Shown piece after piece: positions 1-10,799 of a stretch of 64,000 bases of DNA (the stretch's first letter is position 1; each line of letters opens with the position of its first letter). The translations under genes and the position numbers were made by a program. The stretch is from Tricharina praecox. Its lineage: Eukaryota. Below the pieces are notes generated by a model. It saw only the letters and a program-made list of their open reading frames with translations, was not told the DNA's origin and did no database searches. The stretch lies in contig NW_026250409.1 in the NCBI RefSeq assembly GCF_024521635.1, positions 1,302,001 to 1,366,000 of the forward strand. Direction: 5' to 3'.

Positions 1-171
1 AATCGAGCATAGCCGTACAGCTTGCAGGGGAAGAGAAACTTGCTAAAAAGCAAAGGTAAGAGTAGGCAGAATTATCAAGAGAACTCATGAAGAGAAACAT
101 GAAGAGAAAAAGAAGAGTGCAAGCAGGAAACGCCAAACGCCACTGTGTCCGTGTCGATCGCTTCAAGTTTC

Positions 172-1804
172 TTACACACCATTGTAGTAATCGTTGTAAT
201 ATTTGACCCGCTGGTCAAATATGCAGCCGATGTCTTCTCCCTTGCGAACGATTCGGATCGTCTTCCAGGCATTGCCGTTTGGGAGTCTCTCCGGGCCCGT
301 ACCATTCTCCTTGCAGAGCAAGGTCTCAAGAGCCTGGAGGCTCATGACATTCTTGATGATCTTGTCAGGTACATCATCCGTATGCCATTCAGCAGTACCA
401 GGGGGGTAGCTGAAGTTGAGCGTGCCTTCTTCTTTGCCCATAGCCTCCAACTGCAAAAACCATTAGTCAAGTGCAATCGAAGACTAGAATGAATCACTTA
501 CGATGGCGTCTTTTCGAATGACCAGACCTCCCGTAAAGTGTCTGCGCATACTGAACACGTCGCCGATCTTGAAGACAGAGGTCTTGATCATCTCCGCGAG
601 CTTGATTTTGCTGCTCTCTCCAGCAATGGCTTCCGTGTATAGTTTCTGTTTCTCTCCCCAGAACACCTCAAAGTTCTCCTCCTTCCAGGAATCAAATTCA
701 CCAGCCAACCTCCTTTTTCTAGCATCGGCAGCCTTGGCGAGATACTCCGGCTCGTACTTGCCTTGACAAAGGTCTTCCTGGTAATTGCACACGCCCTCCA
801 TGAAAAAAGAGTCGTCGAACACGACCGGATTGATGATGGGCTTGCCATCAGGAACGGTGACATCGGAATTCGCCGGGTAGATTATGTCTTCAGCCGGAAG
901 AAGCGCGATGAGCGAATCGTACTCCTCGTCAGTCAAATTCTTGCGGTTGAGAACCTTAGGATTAAGGAGCCTCTGCATCGCACACATATCAGCAAACTTC
1001 TTTGAACGCGCAGTAAGAAGGAACACAAACCGAAAGATCCCCTAGAGCGAAAGGAGAGAATCGAGTAGCTAAGTTTTCCGGCTGCCACAACTCTTTCTTG
1101 GTGAGCTTCTTGGGCTGCGGCTCGGCGGTAGCCTTTTTCTGGGTCTTCGACTCGGCCTTCGCCTTACCCTTAGGTTTGGCCTTCGACTCGGCCTTAGCCT
1201 TGTCTTGGGCCTTACCCTTAGGTTCGGTCTTGGAATTCTTCGATTTGGGCCCGGTCTTAGAAACGACCGTAGCCTCGGGGCCAGGTGTAGCCTCAGCGGA
1301 AGTGTTGCAAGCGGCTACGCTCTTGGAAGGAGTACGAGCACGAACGCGACCTGAACGACGAACGGGAGAGTCTTCCTCCGCGAGTAGAGCGGCAAACACT
1401 TCGTCCGGAGTGGCGGTATGAGTCTTGACCCTCGCCGGAGTCTTCTTGGAAGTGACACGTTTCTTTCCAGCCTGATTCTTCTTCTTCGTAGCTCCTCTGC
1501 GACCCTTGGGATTGTAGCCGTCTAAATCATCTCCTTGATCATCTTCGTTCTTCCACTCCTTCTCGTCAACATTTCCACTGTCGTCCACCCCTCCACCCTT
1601 CTCAACGATCGCAAGTCTGGCGCGCTTGGGCGACGGCGCGGTCAGAGTGGTGTCGCCGACATCGATCATCTTGTCGTTGTCGTCGCTGCCGCTGTGCGTG
1701 GCGTTTTCTGCTGTGATCTTGTCGCCATGGTCGCTGGGAGAGGGAGAATGAGTGCGCTTGCGACTCTCCGCAGACATCGGTGCAGAGACTTGGAGCTCGT
1801 CCAT
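172..1804 (-). CDS. ASX-homology (ASXH/DEUBAD) domain chromatin protein, 3 exons (1804-1031, 972-502, 450-172)
   Basis: Three ORFs join in frame through GT-AG introns 1030-973 and 501-451, each with a branch-like motif. Lys/Glu-rich disordered N-terminus. Middle exon has an ASXH-like pattern (LT.EE...L..LLP ... FF...V.NYQEDL..G.Y.PE.L.KA..A...R..G.FDSWKE.NFE.FWG.KQK). Confidence 0.8.
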
Positions 1805-3569
1805 CGTCGTGTCCGGATGAGTCGCTGGTGATTATCGTAGTGGAGTACGACGTACGTTGTGAGACGTCGTGGGTGATCGTGGTGTGGTTTAAGGTGGATG
1901 TGGGAGGTAGCGGGGCAGTGATGGTAGATCTGGGGTAGGGAGACGCGACGCAACACTGTCCTACCGTGTCGGCTGCTCTAACGTGGGATTCGCTTAAAAC
2001 ACCGCGTGACGTCGTTCTATGAGCCTATATATGCACTCCAAGAATGCCAAGAAATGCGCTAATCTCGTTCTGTGTCCGTTGAGTCCTGAGGTTTAGAAAT
2101 ATTCCCGACAATGATGTCGCCAAAGCTTTCAATGTCTTGAGAACATTCCCATCTTTCCGTGTTAGGATTCCGACGAGGTATGTACGTGTACATGTGGACT
2201 CAGCCGCCTTCTTGTACGATCGCTCACAAGTTCACCCGCAGACTCACCCCGCAAGCACACTTCACTGGAAGCTCTAGATGGGAGCGCTCGCCATTTGAAG
2301 TCCTTTCTTGGTGCAGCGCGAGGGAAGAGTGCAGGCAAAAGAATATCATCAAATGACTCTATTTCAAATTCAAGCTCTTAACCGAGAAGCCATCGAGCTC
2401 GATACTCCAGCGCATTGGTGCCATCCGATAGTATCCGACTCGCTCTGTAGTCTGATATTTGCTATTGCCTCCAAGTGTCAGCCTCAAAGTTTGAAAGCTA
2501 TATTCAAAGTCATCGGCATGCCCTGGCTTCACGGCCATACAAGAAGAGGACTTACGCTTGGAAATGGCCACCAGATGAAAGCGTGGAAAACAGGAGAACA
2601 GGGGACGTCCACCGTTACGGCGGTGTAACCCCCAGCAGCTGATGGCCTTCCGTCGTGCAGCGTACCTTTACCGCAACTTCGGTGGATATATTTGGCCTCC
2701 TCCGGGATCTACATCTCCATCTCTTCAGATACTTTCCGTTCTCTTCTTCCGCTCGGGAGTCGGGTTTCAGCGACAATAGATCTAGCCCCTTGATACGCTT
2801 ACTGAGCCCAACTTCTCGCAGTGACCAAGATCCAAGTTGACAAAACTGCCTTGGATGAAGCAGTCGAATGGAAAGCTGAATAAGAGGAGCAAGGACTATG
2901 GTTGAACTGAACTGGACGAACTCGCGGAATAGACAATCGGCAACAGAATGGTGTTGGCCGATGGATAGTACACAGCTATGAAGCGAATCTACGGCTATGT
3001 TGCGTGCTCACGCCAACCATTACCACCACCGGGTGCCCCGAAGTGCTCTCGATGAGAGGCTCGTGATAGTGAATCATCTCTGTAGCCGATATGTATACGC
3101 AAAACGACAGATACACCGGTCGAATCGTCGGCCATTTCATCCGAATACACGCATCATCACACATAATGAGTGATTGCGTATGACACTGTAGGACTTGCAG
3201 TACATTCAGAGGGAGCGGCAGAAGTAAAACCAAAACCTCATCACTCGCTATAAAGCTAAGAGAGGGAGAGAGAACATCAATTTATTGCCGCATGCAGCCT
3301 TACTAGACTATGGTGATCACCAACTTCCCAACCTTTCCTGCCAGCTTCGTGGGGTCGAGAGAAAGCTCTACCACCACGGCCCGATGCTGCGCCGCTGCCT
3401 ACCAACCAATTTTACAAAGGAAAACCATGCTCACTTTCATTATCCAATCACTCAAAAAGACTCTGTTTCTGTTTGAGGATCGCGCCTTCGAGTCAGTGGT
3501 GATGATCTCATCCTGTGCGTGCCGTGATCTCATTATGGATGTGGCAATAGTTATCTATTCGAATTCTCT

Positions 3570-5560
3570 TATTCGGAGACAACTAGGAGACAACCTAGAG
3601 TTTACTTTGCCACGGTCGATTATGAGTGAGGAAAGCACGATCAGCGCGGGCTAGGAATCTTGGGAGAATCTGGATTTGCACGATTGCGCGAGTGATAGGT
3701 AGGGTATCTCATCTTTGCATCGGCAGTACGACCCCACCCCCCTACTTTCACACGCCCACTTGCAGCGCGCATACGGCTACACATACTTCTTACACAGATA
3801 CTTATTCGTGTAGGTAGCACATCCAAAGGAAACAAGTGACCACCCGGCGCCCCGCCCGCACGCCCGCACGCCTGGACGGGGGATGCGGAATGGGTTATCT
3901 CCCCATCTCCACGTACTCCGTCTCACTCGGCTCCAGCGCCCTCCACTACACCACTCAAATATGCACATCAAAACAGGTATCCAATCGATCCGCCAAGCAC
4001 GTATGTACGTTGGGAACGGTCCAGGACGAACGAGACATGCCACGAGACATGCCACGTCCACGTCTGGTGCGGGGCGCGGTGCATTTCTGCCGTCCGTCCG
4101 TCTCGTCCCGTCTCGTCTCGAATAAAGTGGCTGGCTGGAGATTAAAGTCCGTCGTCTAGAACGCCAGAGAGATCTTCACTTTTGGGCGGGTGGGAGGGTA
4201 TATAAGAACACGGATCGAACGACATCTTCGACAGCCGATCCGGTCCTCGAAGTCGAACAAACCCAAGCCGCCCCATAACATCAACATTAAAGCATAGACT
4301 CCACTGCATCTACCTATCTTAACTATGGATCTTATGCCATTTCCGTAGGTATGTTCCGTATATATCCATAATCCAACCAGGATGCTGATGCTATTGGCGG
4401 CCGCCATGATCCATCGGAGAGACAATTACGATTTGCGCCGATGCTCTGGAGTCTGGCGATCTATCACTCGTCCTGGGCTGGCTGGGGTTGCGATCAGCGC
4501 TGTTGCCGTGTTGGAAGTACCGAAATCCCGAACCCAAAACAAATGTTGTGACGATCTTCGTGTAGGGCTGGCTGCCTCGAGGGGGGCAGAGGGGCGGAGC
4601 TGGCCATTGCCATGGTTACCGCGACGTCGGATACACTCGGCCGAGCACGAGCAGGTCTCAGGCTTCAGGCAGTCAGTCGGTCAGTCCGTCAACCAGTCCA
4701 GCTCACCCGAAGATTGAATTGTCTAGGCCATGCACCTCCTCACCTCCTCCCCTCACCTTCTCCCCTCCTCCCCTCGCCTTAGACCTCATCTCCATAGCGA
4801 CGTTCGAACTGGCCCAGACCGAGACCCAGACCCCCACATCGGCGGTGGAAGCTCTCTCTCCCACCGAGCTGCAAGTCGCATGCATGCATTGCTATCCCAT
4901 TCCGTACGCAGATGCATGGGCACGGTTTCAGTGCCGCGGGCGCGTGGTTCCGTTGTTCCGACGCCGGTCCCCCACAGGCTGCGGGTTGCGGACTTGTCTT
5001 GTCTGGTGGATTCTCCGGGTCTCTCTTTCCAGCGTTCCAGCTTTGCAGCCTTTCAGGTTCCCTTCCCACTTCCCACTTCCCAGGCCCACATGTCTGTGTA
5101 GTTAGGTATGCCGAGGAGTAATTGGCGCGCATAGTTACCTAAGCAGGATATATCCCGTCTAGGTACCTATTGCATGATCGCACCCCGTAAGCCGTCAGTT
5201 GCAGCTCGCGTATCGTGCAATTTGACGGAAGGAATATCACTCACCTCCTCCCTTCCCTTCAAGTCCCTTGCATTCAAGTCCCGTCGCTGGTCGCCGGCAG
5301 ATGACGTTCCGTGCGTCCAAGTCCACTCGCTTCGTTGCGTTTCGAGTTTCTCCATGGTTGGTTGGTTGCTTACTTGCCCCCCCCCCGCTGTCTTCCTCCG
5401 AGCGAGCGGAGCAGCGACGACTCACGAGAGGTGATGGCCTACCTACTATACCTACCACTACTACTAGGAGAGGCACAAGGGAGGATGGAGATATAATACA
5501 ATAGAATTATCTATACATTTACCGTTACACACCTATCATTACTTCTACTTCTACTTTTCT
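3570..5560. repeat. ~2 kb non-coding duplicated segment; inverted, circularly permuted copy of 35511-37473
   Basis: Many shared blocks: 4111-4199 matches rc of ~36692-36780, 5192-5232 is identical to rc of 35661-35701, and 5388-5568 matches rc of 37473-37312. Flanked by TATTCGAATTCTCT (3556-3569) and TATTCGGATTCTCT (5561-5574). Confidence 0.9.
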
Positions 5561-5956
5561 TATTCGGATTCTCTCACCTAGGCACTCCATTTCCGTTGAT
5601 CTAAGCTGCTGCGGCTCTGCTCATGAGTACTCAACAACCTGGAAGGCTGGCTTTGTAGACAGTAGACAAGCTTTGATCACGACTCATGATTCATGGTGGA
5701 TCACCATCTCCCATGCTATCACTCGCACACATTCCAAGAGCTCCGTGCACATCAAGTCGCAAGCTCATCTCGAGCCACTATTCAACCTCAAGTACAACAC
5801 ACCACTCCCTTCAAAACGGCGCAGTACCTCCTTCCTGCTTCCTTTCCTCCTCCTCCACTTCCTCCTGCTCCACCAGCAGCGCACCTTCGTTGACTATACA
5901 AATTCAAAAACAACATCTACAAAAACAAACAACAGCCACAAAAACAAAAAACAAGC

Positions 5957-6539
5957 ATGAAGACCCGCCCCGAATAGTACTACCTCCACCCCATTCAACC
6001 CCTATAATCGTATACTAACCACCACCCACCTCTGCAGTACCCACCCCCCCTCAACCCGCGGCCACCGCGCGTCCCAGCCCCTGCCCCTACCGCTGCCCAA
6101 GCTGCCCAGCAGCGTCAGGAAGACCACCAAGAAGCCCATCCAGAAGCCCATCCAGAAGCCGGTCCCGAAGCGCACTCGCGTCGCGAAGCGCGTGCTCGCG
6201 CCTGCTCCTCCAAAGCTCAGGATCGAGATCCCAACCCACGCCCACCGCAGGATTACCCTGGAGCGTCGCGAGGATGGTATGGGGTTCGCTAGGACGGAGA
6301 TTACTATCGACGACTCAGACGAGGAGGAGGAGGAGGGGGTAGAGGTGGAGGAGGAGGCGAGAAGGCGCGCGGGTGAGTTGGCGGAGAAGGAGGCGGAGAG
6401 GTTGGAGGCGGAGAGGTTGGAGGCGGAGAGGTTGGAGGAGCTGCCGGAAGAGGAGAGGTGCTGGAAGACGGTTATGCACGAGGAGATGAGGAGGGAGGTG
6501 TGGATTGGGTTGAGGGAGGGGGTGAAGCACTACTATTAG
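5957..6539 (+). CDS. Small orphan protein (~170 aa), basic Pro/Lys-rich N-half and Glu-rich C-half; 2 exons (5957-5976, 6038-6539)
   Basis: ATG at 5957 follows a CA-rich leader. The 61-nt intron 5977-6037 (GTACTA...CTAAC...CAG) has matching phase (TA|T = Tyr) and joins the 6192-6539 ORF. Codons are strongly GC3-biased. Confidence 0.65.
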
Positions 6540-9500
6540 TAACTAGAGCAATAGAAGCCAACGATAAAGTTTGTGCTTGGATGCGCATTTCCAGGTGGCT
6601 TCTCAGGCTTACTTGTGTGGTTAGATACCGTTTTTAACATTACAGTCTTCTTAGTTCTACCTATCTGCGAACTTTTGCTTAGATGAATACCTCCATTATC
6701 CATATCCAGCTAAAATTGTACCCTTCGCATGTTCGTATTTTCAAATCCCCGATTAAGGCGCTTTTCTTTTCTCTTCTACCATTATTAATCGCATTCAACA
6801 TAGGTATCTACATTCTAGATATGACGCTTCCTCTTCCCTCGGCCCTCCACCTGTAGGCTGTAGTATACCTAGAGAGATTGAAGATAACAACGAACAAGAT
6901 AACAACGAACAAGCTGCCGCGCTCCTGAACCTACTGCTCAGCCTCCTTCCTTCCTCACGTCCACTGATGTCGCTACTCTATGGCCTCATGAGCGCGCTGA
7001 GCTGCGCTTGTTTTTTTTATTTTAATCATACTTGCGTTCAGCCTACCTAGGGAGGCTATGACTGGGCTGTACCATTCTTTCGCAAAAATCTGGTTTGGTA
7101 GTCGGATCCGAATGAGAAGTTGTGTCGCACACCCAGAGGCAGTCTTGACACTAGCGAGTGATATCTCATAGGGCGGTGACCACATGCAGCATTTGCCACT
7201 CCGACGCGCGGTATACCTATCAAAGCTCGCCGGTCATGGAGACTAGCGGGCTGTTCGTCGGTATGACGATGGCCTCCCGTTTCATCGTGCTGTATTCCTG
7301 AGTTACACCTGGGGCAGCTCAATGGTGCATCAGAATCCTGACTTGATTTCACGGTGGCTGTAGGCACCTACTCCACCACCAACCCAACAACCGGCTACGG
7401 TCTGCGGCAGTCACTCGCCCACTGGCTCTCACTCGGCTTCTGGTTAACGGCAATGCACACCTTCAGCAGGTAGTGCCGTACATATTTAGGTACGTACCTA
7501 GCTGCGCATAAGCAAAGCAAAGCAAAGAATAACCCCGCATGCTTCGATACTCCCCTGGGTGCACCAAAAACACGGTAGTTGTTCTCTCCGTATTCTCCGT
7601 GAAGTGATGGAGTCTTGAATCCACCCATCCTCCTATCCCTCCTTCCCTCCCTCGGAGTACTCGCCGCCAATTACTCCGAGACACCGGCAGGCGAATCCCA
7701 CCACCGGGCCGCGGCAGTGTGTATGTAGGTTGGTAGGCATGTACATACGTACGTAACGTGTTCTCTGCAGGCAGACAGGCAGGCAGGTAGGCAACGTACC
7801 TAAGACTTAAGTACTCTATCCGCCGCCACCGTCCGGCAGCTTACCTGTATGTACTCTATGCAGGGTGGAGAATCAGAACAAGCCCTTCTCTGCGCGCAAA
7901 GGAACCGCGCGTATCGTCACTAGAGTAGGTACCTAGAGTGCCCCTTGTCGGGCTGGATTATGTATGTGCATGAAGCACAAATCACTCCCCCTCCTCGGGC
8001 TCGTGGCCCGCACAGAACAGAACAGAACAGGGGGGAGCTCTGAGACATGCTAGAGTACCTAGAGTAGAGTACGATGACTAGAGTTCCTATCGTGGGTTGA
8101 TCAGAAAGACTGGCCTTTCGTTGTCTCGGTCAGCGGCAGCAGCAGTGTACGTACCTGGGTGCTCGAGATGAATCACACAATTGCGGATTACGCACGCATG
8201 TTAATCTGGATTTGTGGGCACTCATCACTGGCCGGCTGACTACCTAGCAGCGTTGTATGGGTATGTATCGAAGGTACTCTAGACATATCCGGGGATGCCC
8301 GGACGTTGGTGGCAACAGTGCTTGTTTCGGCAGGTTTATAGGGGCCGGATAGCAGCCTGACGTCTTTGAGCTGAGGCTGAGTGAAGGTGAAAGCGTGGGG
8401 GAACCTGCTAATCCAGAGTACCTACATACTCTGTCCGAGCGTCACCGGCTCCGAAATCAGCAGAGTATGTACGTGCACATAGCTAATCCGACGTTTGCAC
8501 AGATGTCTAGACCATATACCGTAGATAGTAGAAATCGGTATTCCTCCCGAGGTCTCAAGTCACTCCACAAACGCTTACTCGCACAAGCGCCAGCGCCAGC
8601 CCCCCAGCCCATCAGACGAATCCCTCTGCAGTGATCGATCGATCCGAATTATCCCCTCATCTCCGTTACGCGCTTATTGCGGCTGCCATGACATTTATCA
8701 GGGTCCCGGCGGGGCTCATGCCTCCGCCCCCTCCCTCCCACCCCCCCAGGGCCCCCACGCGTGGGGGGGCAGCTGGAACGTCCCGGAAATATCAGCGCAG
8801 ATCCACAGATGGTTTCCATCCGCCCACCCAGCGCGTCCCACGTGAGTCGGTGGGGGCCAAGAGTGCGCCGTGAGCCGCCAACCGGGCGGGTTGTTGCGGG
8901 ACGGCACGATTTGCGGGTTGGGTTTGGGGGGTTTTTTTGGGCTCTGCCGTGTTGAGGCTCCACTCCCCACCTCCCTCCCACGAGCAGACGGCAAAGTTGT
9001 AGTTAGTTATTGACATGTCATTTATGAGTACCTGGCTGGACACAGAGGAAGAATATAGGTCCGTCCGTTCGCGTTTGTATGGGTCATGTAGAGTATGTAC
9101 CGGTACCGGTACCTACTCCAGCCTCTAGGCCCTGACGCCGTTCCGGTTGGACTCGTCACTCACCCCTGCGGTCTGCCGCCGCTGTTAGAATACTTGTATC
9201 ATCCTGGCTGGTTGGATAGGTACTCATCCCTATTCAATAGGTATCGTCGAGATACATGGTATCTATGCAAATGGGGGATCTAAAGATCCCCCAAGACTCC
9301 CTACGATAGCTACAATTGCCCGACTCCATCGGCGTGAAAAACTGCGAATTTACGCCGGGAATTGATCAGCATTGACGGCTAGAACTCGGTCAGTCCGAAA
9401 ACTCGCCGTTCTAGCTCAAATGAATTTCCAATCCCTCCATCGGCTCGCTGTCATGTCATGTTGGTACGGACCATTGCCTCCGACAGAACAGGACAGAAAC

Positions 9501-10371
9501 AGGACGGGGGAATTCCGTCTCTTCCTCAGCTGCCCCGTCCAGTGTCCGTCCTTCCGTCCGTCCGTCCGTCCGTCCAGCCCATCACTGCGGAAAAAGCACC
9601 GAGCGCTTTGTGCGGTGTTATGGTAGAGTACTCGCAGACCAAGTACATACCTGCGCAAGGCATCTACTAGGAATATCTAACTACCGTGAGGATTTGTTTC
9701 AAGTACCGTCCTGCCGCCGCGAGTCGTTGATCAGTTCAGCGTAGTGAAACCCGTCGCAGCCTGAAGCCTGAAGCGAGCCTTTGTCTAGATCTCTAGTAGC
9801 GTAACCCACGTGGTTTAGCCCCTAATCTAGAAGGGCTCGTACGGGGACCTAGGGAGGTATCGATATGTACTCTATCTACATATCTACAGGTAACTACTCT
9901 AACGGCCGTATTCTTCCCTTCTATATACGTACTATATACTTGGCTGGAGAGCTTCCCGTCATCCATGCTTCTTCTTCATCTTCTTCAGCCTTCAGCTTCT
10001 TCTTCAGCTTCTTTAGCTTCTTCTTCGTCTTGTTCTTCGTCTTCTTCTTCTCTTCGCGAGGGGAAGTGCGTCTTCTGTGGCTTTTGCCATTCTATGCATA
10101 TATATCTCTGGAATCTAACCCCAGCTAGTCTAGGTACTCGAGTAAGTACCCCACTTCATCACCGAGCCTAGTTGCCGGGAGCTGCGTCCCAGGGAAAAAT
10201 CATGAAAATCGTCTGATGCTGACTGGAGTCTGGACATGTAGGTATGGGGAATAACGAACCCTTGGGCTCAGACTCGCCACTGGAAGTCTGCATGTGAAGA
10301 GGGGGGGAAACTCGAGAGAGGTCGACGGGTTTCGGCTTCCCGGGTTGAGGAATATGTGCAGTTATAGTATA

Positions 10372-10799
10372 TAGGGGTCCTCAAACCTATCTGGGTGAAA
10401 ATCTGGCCGGAATCTGGTCTGGAAACATTGGCCAATCAGAATGGCCAGACGTGCGATGTAGGTTTGAGGACCCCGTGCCGGGTGCTGTTTTGGATAGAAG
10501 CGTATGGGGCCGCTTTCCTCAATACAAACTGGCCAGACTGGCGTCGAGAGAAAATTTCTACAGTCTCAGTCCTTGATCCCGGAAACCAGCCGTTACCTAC
10601 ACCTATTCTGGTGAGCTAGAGGCGAGCTAGAGCTCCTGCAGTCACCCATACGGGCACCCAGACGGTGTTTTTGCGGTCTGGAAAAGTAGCGGCATCTGGA
10701 GAATTTTAGCGGATTCTGGAAAATTCGGTAATTGTCGAACCAGTAAAAATACCTTATCACCCGGCCAGATTTTCACCCAGATAGGTTTGAAGACCCCTA
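10372..10799. mobile_element. MITE / non-autonomous DNA transposon (~430 bp) with 39-bp TIRs
   Basis: TAGGGGTCCTCAAACCTATCTGGGTGAAAATCTGGCCGG (10372-10410) pairs with its reverse complement at 10761-10799, one mismatch. No transposase ORF. A third partial TIR lies at 10459-10474. Confidence 0.8.

Noticed and set aside
2159..3500. Short ORFs between the ASXH gene and the duplicate
   Set aside because: No recognisable motifs or splice-consistent model.
4382..5132. ORFs inside the duplicated segment (and 35791-36381)
   Set aside because: Reading frames are not preserved between the two copies; no recognisable domain.
3570..5560. Telomerase RNA candidate (the size would fit)
   Set aside because: No TAACCCTAA-type template seen on either strand of either copy.
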